DNA from: Reclinomonas americana ATCC 50394
Taxonomy: Eukaryota
Direction: 5' to 3'
Assembly: GCA_048213135.1 (NCBI GenBank)
Contig: AFZH01018780.1
Span: forward strand, 1 to 32,935
Length of the DNA: 32,935 bases
Positions 1-11,400 of this stretch are shown here, one piece after another; the first letter of the stretch is position 1, and every line of letters begins with the position of its first letter. The notes below the pieces were generated by a model. The model did no database searches. It was not told the DNA's origin and was given only the letters and a program-made list of their open reading frames with translations. The position numbers and the translations under genes were made by a program.

Positions 1-761
1 TGGACGTACCGTTCGAACCAGCGCTTCCAGCTCCACCGCCGCCGCCTGTTGTGTGCGGAGTGAGGCGGGAAAAACAGGAGGGCGAAGCGATGGGAAGGGA
101 AGGGAGCGATGAGGAAGAAGGAGGAGGAGGAAGCAGAAGGAGTAGTCGTGAGAGAAAGAAATCATCTGTACATCCCACTTTCACACGCTGCATCCACACC
201 TGCAGTGCGCGACGACGTGTTGCCCATGCCACCATTGTTGCCCTGTCCAGCTGTTCCAGCGGCACCCGCTGCACTTGTGCCGCCAGGGTTGCCACCGCCG
301 CTCCCGCCTGGGTTGCCGGGATCGGCGCCAGCCGGTGAACCACCGCCTCCGCCGCCACCTACGGCCACCACCAAACTACCGATAGACGAGTCGCTACCGT
401 CCTGTCCATTCCCGGTGCCGGGGGACCCGAGACCACCAGCACCTACGGTGATGGCGTACGACACTCCAGCGGCGACCACATCGGAGCCAGATAGCAAACC
501 GCCAGCACCTCCACCACCTCGACCATAGATTGTCATCATATTAGTCGGTCCGCCGCCACCGCCACCACCGCCGGCAACCACCAAGTGTTCACGATTGATG
601 CTACCGGCGGGAATGCTCAGCGTTCCACCACTAGTGCTGGTGAATGTGTGCACAGTGTAGGTGGAGGCGCCGGCGACCACCGTCGTGATCGTGCCGCCAG
701 AGCCAGTCAGGGTGACTTGTGCCGAGGCGAGGTCCGATAGAGCGGCAACCATGAACAGCAT
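1..761 (-). CDS. Secreted glycine-rich domain protein (Gly-rich/ALK-LTK-like polyglycine-helix type); 3' part lies beyond the window start
   Basis: Signal-like MLFMVAALSDLASA|QVT from ATG 761, then YTVHTFTSTSGG...HLVVAGGGGGG...GGGGAGGLL...YAITVGAGG...GSDSSIG..AVGGGGGG. GT-AG intron 199..47, a short exon 46..10 (GGGGAGSAGSN), then another donor (gtacgt). An acceptor at ~839 may indicate an upstream exon, so the start is uncertain. Confidence 0.7.
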
Positions 762-1787
762 GAGAGCCAGTGTCGTCACAGAGGCGAGCAGCGGCGACCG
801 CTGCTGGGCGGTGGTGCATCTCGGATGTGTGATGCAATCTGAGAAAAGTTAGACAATGAAGGATGATAATGTGGATGGGGTGGGAGTGTGAGTGAGAGGT
901 GATGGCTACAACAAGGCACAGCGATGTGGAGGAATAGGGGTGTGTGCAGCAAAGAAGTGTACTGCCTCCAAACAGGGAGACTGATGCAAGAAAACGCATG
1001 TGTACGAGTCCATGAGCGTGTATATTTGACAGGGAGTGAGAGGAAGGAGAGACAGGGTAGAGATAGAGAGAGAGAGAGAGAGAGAGATAAAGAGAAGGTG
1101 AGAGAGAGGAAGAGGAGGAAGGAAGAGTGACTGAGCGAGGAAGAGAGTCGCAATCAACTTGAGTCATTCGCTCCGTCCACACTCACTCACTCGCTCGTGC
1201 ACACGAATGTGAAAGAGTGCTGAGTGCGTGAGAGAGTGTGTGAGAGAGAGAGAGAGAGTGAGAGTGTGTACACAGATGCGTTGTCTAACTTCTCACCATG
1301 AGGAACACATGGGCTGTGAATGGCAGAGTGTCTTTCGCACCCGCCACTACAACACAGCATCGATGTGCTTGTGCACGCACAGCGGCACCCAGCACTCACG
1401 CACGCTTTTTGCTGAAAACCAATTCGCCAAATTCGTCATTTGTTCAGTCCGGTTCGCGTTCAATGTGGCCTTATCAGCATGCAACGCTGCGGCAACATCT
1501 GAGCACCACACTGACCAACATACAAACAGCAACAGCTGCCTTCACGACCAAGTGACCAGTCGGGACAGCGGCTGCTCTTTCGTATGTCGGAACATTGGCA
1601 AGACACCCAGAGTTACTTATGCAGGCTGCACAACAACAAAGGAACACATGGATCCATATTCACAACGGACGGTGACCCAAGAATCCAGAAAGGAGACGCA
1701 TGTGCATCACGCCTCAACGAAGGCCGATCGCGCTGATACAGAGGAAAGTTATGTCAACGTCAAGGCTGCATTTCTTCTCTCCCACGC

Positions 1788-3795
1788 TCAATGCCTGCTG
1801 CGCACTGTATCCTTGCCGTCCAGATACTCGTCGGCCTGCTGCAGCAGCCAGCGCACCTCGTCGAGCGGCGCTGTCAGCGACGACTCGCGTGATCCCTGCA
1901 CATCCATGTGCACAAAGGCCACACAGCCCTGCACACATGTGCACAACTCAGCTTTGGGTGGCACTGTCTCTCTTTCTCCCTGTCCCCCTTTTCCTCATTC
2001 TCTCTCGCACGTCTCACACAATTGGCATCTCCATCGAGAGCACGGAGCTGGAACAGCCGTGTCTGTCCCTCCCTTACCCTCTCTCCCTCTTCTCTCATCC
2101 TCTCCCCTCCCTCCCCCTCTCCGTCTCCGTCTCCCTCTCCCCCCTCCCATCCCCCCGCCTCACCTGCACCACAGCGAGTGCGGCCAAACACGGATCCCAC
2201 GGCATGCTGGAGGGGAGCCCACCGGTGTGCGTCACTTCCACGTGGGCACACGGACGATTCGACGCAGAAAACATGCGAAACACAAAGCCGGCGCCGTGCG
2301 GACCGACTACAATGTCGGCGTCCACAAAGTGCAACACGGCCTCCGCCGCCGTGGCCAGCGGTGGCATGACGGCCACGTCAAAGTGTGGAAACTCACGTCG
2401 CATTACGTCCGCCACCTGCCCTGTCGCGATGAGCAGAAGACGCTGCGCTTTGCGCGGGGAGTGTCACAAACGAGACCTGCTCATGGTTGGCCAGCACCCG
2501 CACACCGTCGCGTTGCAGCAACACGACACGACGCACCGGTCGCTGCGTCGCACCCAGCCTTCGCAGTGACACGGATCGTCGGGCTGCGCAGATCGTTGCG
2601 GTGAGAGGAGGAGGAAGGAGGAGAAGGAGGAGAGAGTGCACGTGACGCAACGTGCCCAGTACTCGCGCAGCGCGGCACGCACCATGTCGCCGTGCAGCAA
2701 CATGAACACGCGATGCAGTTCACGAATGATGGAGGGTTGCGGCTGCGTGCAGTACATGCCGGCGGTGAAGTACACTTTCCGGGCCATGACAGGCGGTGGC
2801 CCGAGGATCAGCTGTGCCACACACTCATGTCGTGAGGGATTATTCGACAGGCGTGCAACTTCACACACATATCGAGGCGCAACTCGTTCGCGTGGAATGC
2901 CCACAGTGGCAAACAAGTCGTACGTCATCTCGTCACCGTAGCGCCCGGCGCGTGTGAGAATCACAATGCTGCGATCCGCATGCACCTCGCTCCACACTTG
3001 CAGCAGGCGTGCCAGCGAGTCCGCCACAATGTGAAACACATTGTCGGCATGCAACTGCAGGAGCGGCAGCACGGCATCGGCCAGCAGCACAGTGTCTGTG
3101 GCGGACCACCAGCGCGACTCGACATGCCCGTGTGGCTCGCACGAGCGGGCAATCAGCAAGTAGTCGGCGGTGTACACAAAGTCATTCGCGGCAATCACCT
3201 GCGCGACACACAAGTGAGCTCAAGAGACTCGGTCAAGGGGATGGCGGAAGACGCACCGCATTCTCCACCACCAACGAGTACGACGGCGAGAACGATCTCT
3301 CCGCCACCATCGACAGTCTCTCGTCGACGCGCGAGGGCGTGGCACGCACATTGATATCCAACTGTGACGACGCCTGCATGCAACGCATCATGCACCCGAC
3401 AATCACTGCAGACCTACACTGTAACACTATACCTGATCAAACTGCGGATGCCGACGCAGCACATACGCCGGCGACTGCACCTGCGACACCACATCGTACA
3501 ACTCACTGGCAAACAACTTGCGCAGGCGACCGGCTCGCACCGACAAGGCCTCCGCACGCAGCGACAGCCACGAGGAGAAGGCGCGAGTGCACTCGCGACG
3601 AAGCTGAAACGGTGCTGTGGCGTAAGCCACCGCGCCTATGCCCTCCTCGGATAATGATGATGCCTCGAAGAGCGACCATGGAAAGCGATCGGAGCATGAA
3701 GAGGAGGAGGCGACAAGTGTGGAGAGCGATGGAGCTGCGGCGATGATGGCCACGAGAAGCGCCACGAGCAGGAGAGTGCTGGCGCAGAGTCGCAT
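1788..3795 (-). CDS. Glycosyltransferase family 61 (DUF563)-like type II membrane/secreted protein, ~7 introns
   Basis: N-terminal hydrophobic anchor MRLCASTLLLVALLVAIIAAA. GT61-like motifs NVFHIVADSLARL, GIPRER, RVVLLQRDG-RVLANHEQV and FVDADIVVGPHGAG. Exons join in frame through GT-AG introns, ending ...DGKDTVRSRH* at 1788. Confidence 0.75.
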
Positions 3796-3851
3796 TCGCT
3801 TGTGTCGTCCTGCCTGTTGCAGCGGACACGACTTTCCCTTCCGTCACAGTC

Positions 3852-6800
3852 ATGGACGACTATGCGACGTGGGTTCGTTGCTCCGCTGTTATGTAGTCAC
3901 TTGCTTTCTCTCTCTCTCTCACTCGCGCGTGAACGAGTGCAGAAATCATCGTCGGCACACTCGAGTATCATTCTGCAAGCGTTCCGAGTGCCGGTGGTGC
4001 GCTACCAGAGACACACGGAGCGACTCACTAGCGCGGATGAGGCCAAGTACTCCAAGTATGAGGTGTGTGTGTGTGCCTGTCTTTCTCTCTTGTCACACAC
4101 AGACACTGACTGTGTGGGCAGAGTATTGATTACACGCGCGTCGACAATGACTTGTTCCGCGCCAATGTCAGCATGGAGACGCGTTTTGTTGCGTTCATCC
4201 TCTTCTTCTACCTCTCTTCTCTTGTTTTGCAGCTCACGTGCGCAGTCGGTCATGAGTACCAATGGGCAAAGGTACGCGATGAGTGTGCTCATTGGATTGC
4301 TGGTCGGCATGTTGTCTTTCGGGGTGCATTGGACCATCGATCGGCTGCAAGGGTGGAAGAACGAGTGGGCGAGCAGCTGTTGCGTGGTGATGGGGAAAGG
4401 CACAGCGGAGTGAGCTCTCGCACGCGGACAAGGATGACAACTGTGTTCCACTCTCCCTTGCCTCCGTCATCACCTGCTTTCTTGCTTCACCTTTCCTCAA
4501 ACTCCCGTGTTCCGATGGCCTCCTTGCATGCTCTTCTCTCCCCGTCACTCTCTTTCGCCTGGACGACGCCATCCATCAGCTTGTGTTCGATTTCAATCGC
4601 GGTGGATCACTCTTTTCTCGCCGTCGTAAGAACACCATCTCTCTTTCTCCGCCTTTCCTCGGCTTCCTGTGCCCGACTGCATACCTGCCATGTTGCAAGA
4701 TCACTCTTCTCTTCCCATCACGACAACGTCGTCACAGCTCATGCATCGCCTGCTTTCTTTGTCGTCTTTCCGACTACATCCCTATCACGTTCTCTTGTAT
4801 CCAAAGCGGACCACTCTGTCCACTTCCTCGCACTCGCGCCTGGACCGCGCCGTTCATGTCACGTACCGATCTCTCCGTTGCGATTGCAGCGAAGAACCCT
4901 CTTCTCCCATTCAAAGCCTGCTCTCTTTCTCCGTCATTCGTCGCCTTGGTTGTGCTCGTTTATTGCACTCGATGATCCACTCGCCGCCTTTCTGTGTGAT
5001 CTCTCGTTCCCCTCCTCTTCCTCCTTTGTATTGCCTTCATCGCCCGATGTCCTTTGCCATCCTCCCCCCCTTCGCCTTCTCGCCTCTCATCGTTCTCCCC
5101 CACCACAGTCCTCGCGGACGACAGAATCACAGTGGCGTTTTTGGTGTGGATGAGCTGCAATCTGGTGCTGGCCTTCGCCTCCGTCTCCATTGTGCTCTTC
5201 TGGGAGCCGGCGGCGGCTGGCGGTGGCATTCCCGATGTGAAGGTCAGTCGGTTCCGCCACTCATACTCTCCCTCCCCATCGTCTCCCAACCGCAGTGCCA
5301 CACACAGGCCTACCTCAATGGCGTACACTTGCCGCGAGCCATGAATGTGCGCACATTCGTCGCCAAGGTGACCGCGATGATCTTGGCTGTGGCCTCCAGC
5401 TTGCCCTGCGGTCCAGAGGTGATCGCCCCCTCGGCTCCTTCCCACTTGATTTTCTGTTGTCTGACTACTCACTCCACCACCATAGGCGCCGATGATTCAC
5501 GCCGGAGCCATGGTGGGTGGCGGTCTATCGTCACTCGGCTCCAAGAGTATCGGCTGCAATCCGCGCACGCGCTTCCGCAATCCTCGTGATCGGTGCGCCA
5601 GGCATAGAAAACCCTCCCTCCTTCCCTCCCTTGTTCATTCACCTCTTGTGCAGACGAGACTTTATCCACATCGGTTCAGCAGCGGGTGTGTCGGCTGCAT
5701 TCGGTGCGCCGGTCGGCGGCACGCTGTTCGCCATCGAAGAGACGTCATCGTTCCACTCGAACGAGTTGACCGTGTTGAGTCTGTGCGCTGCCGCGTCAGC
5801 CACACTCGCATACGGATTCTTCCTGAGGTGCGTACTTCAGGGCTGAGAGGTCACCCAGAGACGTGCTCTTACCGACTCACCATCTTCGACGTAGCGGCTT
5901 CAATGGGACGCTCAACAAGACGTGTTGCGTGATGGCAATGATTCGTCTCGCGGTACTCCTCGCTTCGTCTAACATTGAGTGTGTTTGATGCAGCCACTGT
6001 CATGTTCGAACTCGGTCAGACGACGGATGAGGTATGTCTCTCAACGTGCTCCTCTCATCGCCAGTGCACGTCCTCCTCAACTCTCTGCGTCACAGTACCA
6101 CATCGCAGAGCTTATTCCGTTTTCAATCCTCGGCTTTATCGGTTTGTCGCTTGCATTCGCCACGACTTTGCACTTCAACTGGCTCACGCCTACATGTGTC
6201 GGTGCGCGCAGGTGGCACCCTCGGCGCCCTGTTCACCTGGCTCAATGTGCAACTCAATCGCTGGCGGAGAGACAACATTAACTCGAAACGGTGGGCGCGA
6301 CTCACTGAAGTCCTCGTGATTATGGTGATCTGCTCGGCGGTTTTCTCCCTCGTGCCTGCCAGCTTTGGTTGCTTGTTGCGTGGAGCGTGTGAATACGCCT
6401 TACTGCTCTCGGCACTTTGTTGTGTGTGGTGCCGACATGTTGCGCAACCGCAGACCAACACCCAACATTCAAAATCCCAACAATCTTCCCAATTTTCTGA
6501 GTGGACTCATCACGCAGTACACGTGCCCGAACGGGTACTACAATGGTACGCAGAAGTGCCATTCACTCTCGCTCCACGTGGCCGCTGCATGATGCACTCA
6601 CTCACGTTCATGCAGAAATGGCCTCGCTCTCCTTCGACACGCAAGAAGCAAGTGTGCGTCGCCTCTTCCTGACCAATGTGCCGGACATGGTGAGCGGATT
6701 GCTCTTCGCCGCCTGCTCTCGTCTGCATGCCAACCATTGTTGCTTGTTGCAGTTCTCGCTGACCTCGCTGGCCATCATGTTCTTTGCGTACGCCATCCTG

Positions 6801-8309
6801 TCGTGCCTCACGGCCGGCTCGGCGATTTCCGGCGGCCTTGTCATTCCGGTGCGTCGGCTCTCATGCCGCGTCGTCTCACACCCTCTCTCACTCTCTGCAC
6901 CCGACACACAGATGCTTGTCGTGGGTGGTGCATACGGACGCTTCTTTGGTGTTCTCCTCAACAGATGGTGGCCAGGCACGGTACGTGATCTTGATTTCTG
7001 ATTGCACGTACGTTTCGTGCGCTCACCCAATTTCTTGTTGCAGATCGAACCGGGCGTCTATGCACTGGTGGGTATTCAGCACGGTTGAGATTTGACAGAG
7101 ATTGATTCTCCTTACCGATGTGTGTGATGCAGGTCGGCGCCGCCTCGTTCTTTGGCGGCGTCTCTCGACTAAGCGCAGCGCTCTGTGTGATTTTTGTGGA
7201 GATTACCGACGGTAACGTTGTTCTGCCCACCGCTTCCTGCACATGCGCGTCGCTCATGCACTCTCCCTGTGTAGATCTCGCCTTCTTGCTGCCCGTGATT
7301 CTGGCCAGTTGCGACGGCACGCGTGCGCTGACTGCATTTCCGTGCCTCGCTCACTCGTCACCACTACGCAGTCATGATTTCCAAGGGTGTCGGTGACCTG
7401 TTCACGCACCCGCTGTACGAGAGCATGCTCGTGCTCAAGTTTGTGCCATTCCTCGAGCAAGATCCGCCATTTGTGGCTCGGTAGGCTGCCGTTTTTCATT
7501 GCCTCTCCAGTATTCTCTTCTTCTGACGTGAATGCGCCCCCCGCCAGGCGCATGCGATGTCGCGATGTGGCCAAGTGTCCGGCCGTCACGCTTCGACTCC
7601 GCGAGACCGTGGCACGCATCTGCGAAGTACTCACCAACACCACGCACAATGGATTCCCGATCGTGGACGACGAGGGTCTGTCCCGCGGGTGCGTCAAAAT
7701 CCAAAAGCCACTTTTTTGTCGGTGTGGCGTCTTGCTGACTTGGGTGCCTGCGTGCAGTCTCATCCTGCGTGCGCACTTGATGTTGCTGCTTCAGCTGCGT
7801 GTGTTCGACGTGGACTTTGTCGGCACACCGGCCGAGTTCCAGCACCTGTTGAACTCCAAGGCCAAGAAGAGTCTGGGTGCGCTCGGCCTCCTGCCGGACG
7901 ATTCGCCCAAGATAGTCCTCCTGTACAAATGTGCGCATGGCCCCGTCTCCTTTTTCCCTGAGAGTCACACTCTCTGACACATGCCTGCAGATATGAACGT
8001 GTCGCAGTTGGTGGTGTCGGGCGAGTGGAACGCCGACCTGGCCTTCCGCATCTTCCGCACCCTCGGACTGCGGCACATGGTCGTCGGTGAGCGCAGACTT
8101 CACTCCCGCGATGGACGCGCTCATTGCCTAACACGCCCACCACAGTGGACCGCCACAACCGCGTGCAAGGCATGATCACGCGCAAGGACCTCGTGGATCG
8201 CAAGCTAGACGACCAATACGAGGCCGCCTGCAGCATCGCCATGCAGGAGCTCGAGGCCATGGACAGCATCTCTGCGTTTGCAGAGGAGCAATCAGGGCAC
8301 GAGTTGTGA
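3852..8309 (+). CDS. CLC-family anion/H+ antiporter (CLC-6/7-like) with C-terminal CBS pair, ~23 introns
   Basis: Stitched exons give YESIDY, GGGIPDVKAYLNG, GPEAPMIHAG, RDFIHIGSAAGVSAAFGAPVGGTLFAIEE, SGGLVIPMLVVGGAYGR, GAASFFGGVSR, HPLYE, THNGFPIVD, FRTLGLRHM and GMITRKDL; stop TGA at 8309. Confidence 0.95.
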
Positions 8310-8414
8310 AAAAAACAAAGAGCGTCGTGTCCCCTGTCAGTCTGTCAGGTGTTTCGCGTGTCGGTGGTTGGCGATCGCCCTTCCCAAATGCACAGCTCCC
8401 GTCGCCGCCCGGCC

Positions 8415-11400
8415 ATGAGCGACTCGCCGCCCTCACCCACCAGCCGCAGCAACCGCTCCTCGGTCTCCCCGCGCCAAGTCCGCCGCAGCGGCCACTCTCC
8501 ACGACCCTCCATTGTCGTCTCCTCCGCCTCTTCATCCTCCACCACCACCATCAATGGCCACCACCCGCCTCCTCATCTCAACGGAACCTCACTCACTGTG
8601 CCTCCACTCGCACTTTCATCGTCACTCGCCGAGCACCTCATGCTGCCACTTCCCTCACCGCGCTCCGCCGGAAGCACACGACCCGTCTCCCCACGCGCAG
8701 TCTCCCCGCGCGCCTACTCGCCACTCTCCTCGCTCTCCATCGACGTGCCAAGTTACACACACACACACACACACACACACACTTTCACGCGAATGTTGCA
8801 TTTTGTTTGTGCTCATCGTATATGTGTGTGTGTTTTTAAAAAGCGGGTCCGCCCTCGCCTTCGCCGTCGCCTTCGCCGACTGCGCCGTCGCCTTCGCCGT
8901 CGGGAAGGCGCGGTTCGTCAATGGTGGCGCGCTGGTTCAAAAAGTCGACGGGGCCCTCGGAAGACAACATCAAAGTCGCCGTGCGTGTGCGCCCGTTCAA
9001 TACGTTGTTGGAGCGGTGAGTGGGCGGGAGGGAGGTGGAGGGAGAGAGGGGGGAGACATGCATGCATGTGCATGAGAGTGTGTGATTGGTTTGTGGCTTG
9101 TCGTCGTCTGAAACGTGCATGTCATGCGTGTATGTGCTCATGCATGTGTGGATGTACACGGTGCACGCTGTGTACGTGTGCACTTGTGAGGTTAGCGAGT
9201 GATGCGTGCCGAAGACTGGTCCTCCTCTCCCTTGTGAGATAGACTCGTCCGAGAGAGTTTGCCGACGCGTTTTCGTGCGTTTGCATGTCGTGTGTACGTG
9301 CTCTTGCGTGTGTGCGCGCTGTGCGTTGTGTGGAGTGTGTGTGCACTTGCGAGGTTGGGGAACGATGCGTTGGTGGAGACTGGACCGCCTTTGCATTGTG
9401 AGATAGACTCGTGCGAGAGAGCTTGCCATCGTTTCACATCCGCTGGCATGTCGTGGCGTGTTCGCGCTCTTGCGTGTGGATGCGCGGTGTGTATGTGTGG
9501 AGTGTGTGCACTGGCGAGGTTGGGAACGATGGGCTGCTGCAGACTGGTCCTTTGCGTTGTGAGATAGACTCGTGCGAGAGAGTTTGCCGACGTTGTTTCG
9601 TGGGTTTGCATGTGTGTACGTGCACTGTGCGTGTGTGGAGTGTGTGCACTTGCGAGCGATGCACATCCGGAGACTGGTCCTTTGCGTTGTTGTGTGCCAG
9701 CGCTTTCGCCTCCGTTTGTGTGTCGTGCCTGCACTTGCGAGCGATGTGTTTCCAGAGATAGGTTGTCCACGCTCTCTCGTGCGTTTGCATGTCTTGTGTG
9801 CGTTGGGGTGTTTGCTCTTGCGAGGCTGGCGAACGATGCGTTTCGAGAGACACTTGACATACGTTTGCATGCAATGCGTGGTGTGCGTTGCTCTTCGCAC
9901 TTCGTGAGATCGATGCGGGCATTTCCTACACCCGGTGTTGCACTTGTGAGGCTGGCAGGCGACGCACATCGACAGACATTCCTTCTCGCTGCACTCTCTT
10001 TTCCCTTCGCCCTGCGTTTTGGCTCAATCCTCTTTCTTGTGGCGCAGCGAGGTCGGCGAGCAATGCATCGTGGCCATGGACGGCAACGTGGTCACCATCT
10101 CCAATCCATCCAACCCGGATGCGATGCCACGCGAATACGTGTACAACTACGCGTATTGGAGTCACAACCCCGAAGACCCAAACTTTGCGGACCAGAAGCG
10201 CGTCTACGAAGACCTCGGCAATGTCGTGCTGGAGAATGCTCTGCAGGGTGCGTTTTTCTTGGTGCCAATATCCTTGTGAATGCCCTTGAGTCTCATTTTC
10301 CTTCTTGTGACAGGCTATAACTCGACATTGTTTGCGTACGGCCAGGTGTGCATGCGGTAGTGTGCGTGCGTTTGTGCGTGCATTCGCTCAATTTGCGCAA
10401 CATCTCGCAGAGTGGCTCGGGCAAGTCGTTCTCGATGATTGGTGGCAACAACGAGCACACACGAGGCATTGTGCCGAGAGTTGCGCAGCGTGGACCATCA
10501 GAAGGTCTTTGCGCATCCACAAATTTCTCACCCCGCGCACAGTTATGCCGCGACCTCTTCAACCGCTGCGAGGCGGAGATGAGCGACAATCCGGACCTAG
10601 AGTTCGAATTCTCGCTCACCATGGTGCAAATCTACATGGAGCGTCTCAGCGACCTGCTCGTTGTTGGTCGCCAGGAGCAGGTTAATTTCGCGCTCGCAGT
10701 GGAGAAAGATGTGCGTGCCCGAGGTCGCTCACTTCTCGTATCTCTCGGTGTGCAGAGCGACAAGCGCATCCGTGTTGCCCATGATAAGAAAAAGGGCACG
10801 TATGTGTTTGGCGCCAACCAGTTGCGTGTCGCGCTCGCTGCATACCCCGTGCCTCTCTCTTTTGTTGTTCGCTCACCTGCGTGTGCAGAGTATTTGTCGC
10901 CTCGTACGATGAGATGATGCACCACATGAATCAAGGGCTCCAACTGCGGTGTGTACCCCCCTATGACGCTCTCTTCTTCATCTACTCTGCGTGACCTGAC
11001 CACCCGCTACAGCATTCTCGGCACCACCGCCATGAATTTGGAGTCGTCGAGGGCGCACACCGTCATCACCATCTTCTTTAGCAAGGTGCTGTCCCCCTTA
11101 TTTTTTCAGAAGCATGTCTCTTTCACGCCCGCTCACGTGGACGTTGTCTCGATTTCGTAGAAGGACCGCCGTGCTGGCTCCTCCACCGAGGCCAAGATCA
11201 ACCTGGTCGATCTGGCTGGCTCCGAGCGCGTCGGCAAGGCCGAGACGGAGGGTATCGCGCTGAGGGTGCGTGTCTCTGTCTTTTTCGTTCAGCGTCGACT
11301 GCATTCTCATCCTGCGTGACCACAGGAGGGAGCCAAGATCAACCTTTCGCTCATGACACTCGGTCGTGTGATTCGGGACTTGGCGCGCGGCCAGTCGGCC

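Noticed and set aside
1228-2604. 458-aa + strand ORF
   Set aside because: Begins in a microsatellite and is largely the antisense shadow of the GT61 gene; no recognisable motifs.
4176-4190. Apparent non-GT donor GAG|ACGCGT in CLC
   Set aside because: Resolved by the in-phase GTTGCGT donor at 4188.
4379-5108. Long CLC intron overlapped by 300+ aa ORFs
   Set aside because: Pyrimidine-rich read-through without motifs; no supportable nested gene or snoRNA boxes.
9170-9965. CRISPR-like appearance of recurring conserved boxes
   Set aside because: The intervening sequences are themselves homologous, the period is ~82/164 bp, the context is a eukaryotic intron and no cas genes are present.
8836-9969. 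377-aa - strand ORF and overlapping His/Thr/Cys-rich ORFs
   Set aside because: Translations of the intronic satellite and GT/CA repeats.
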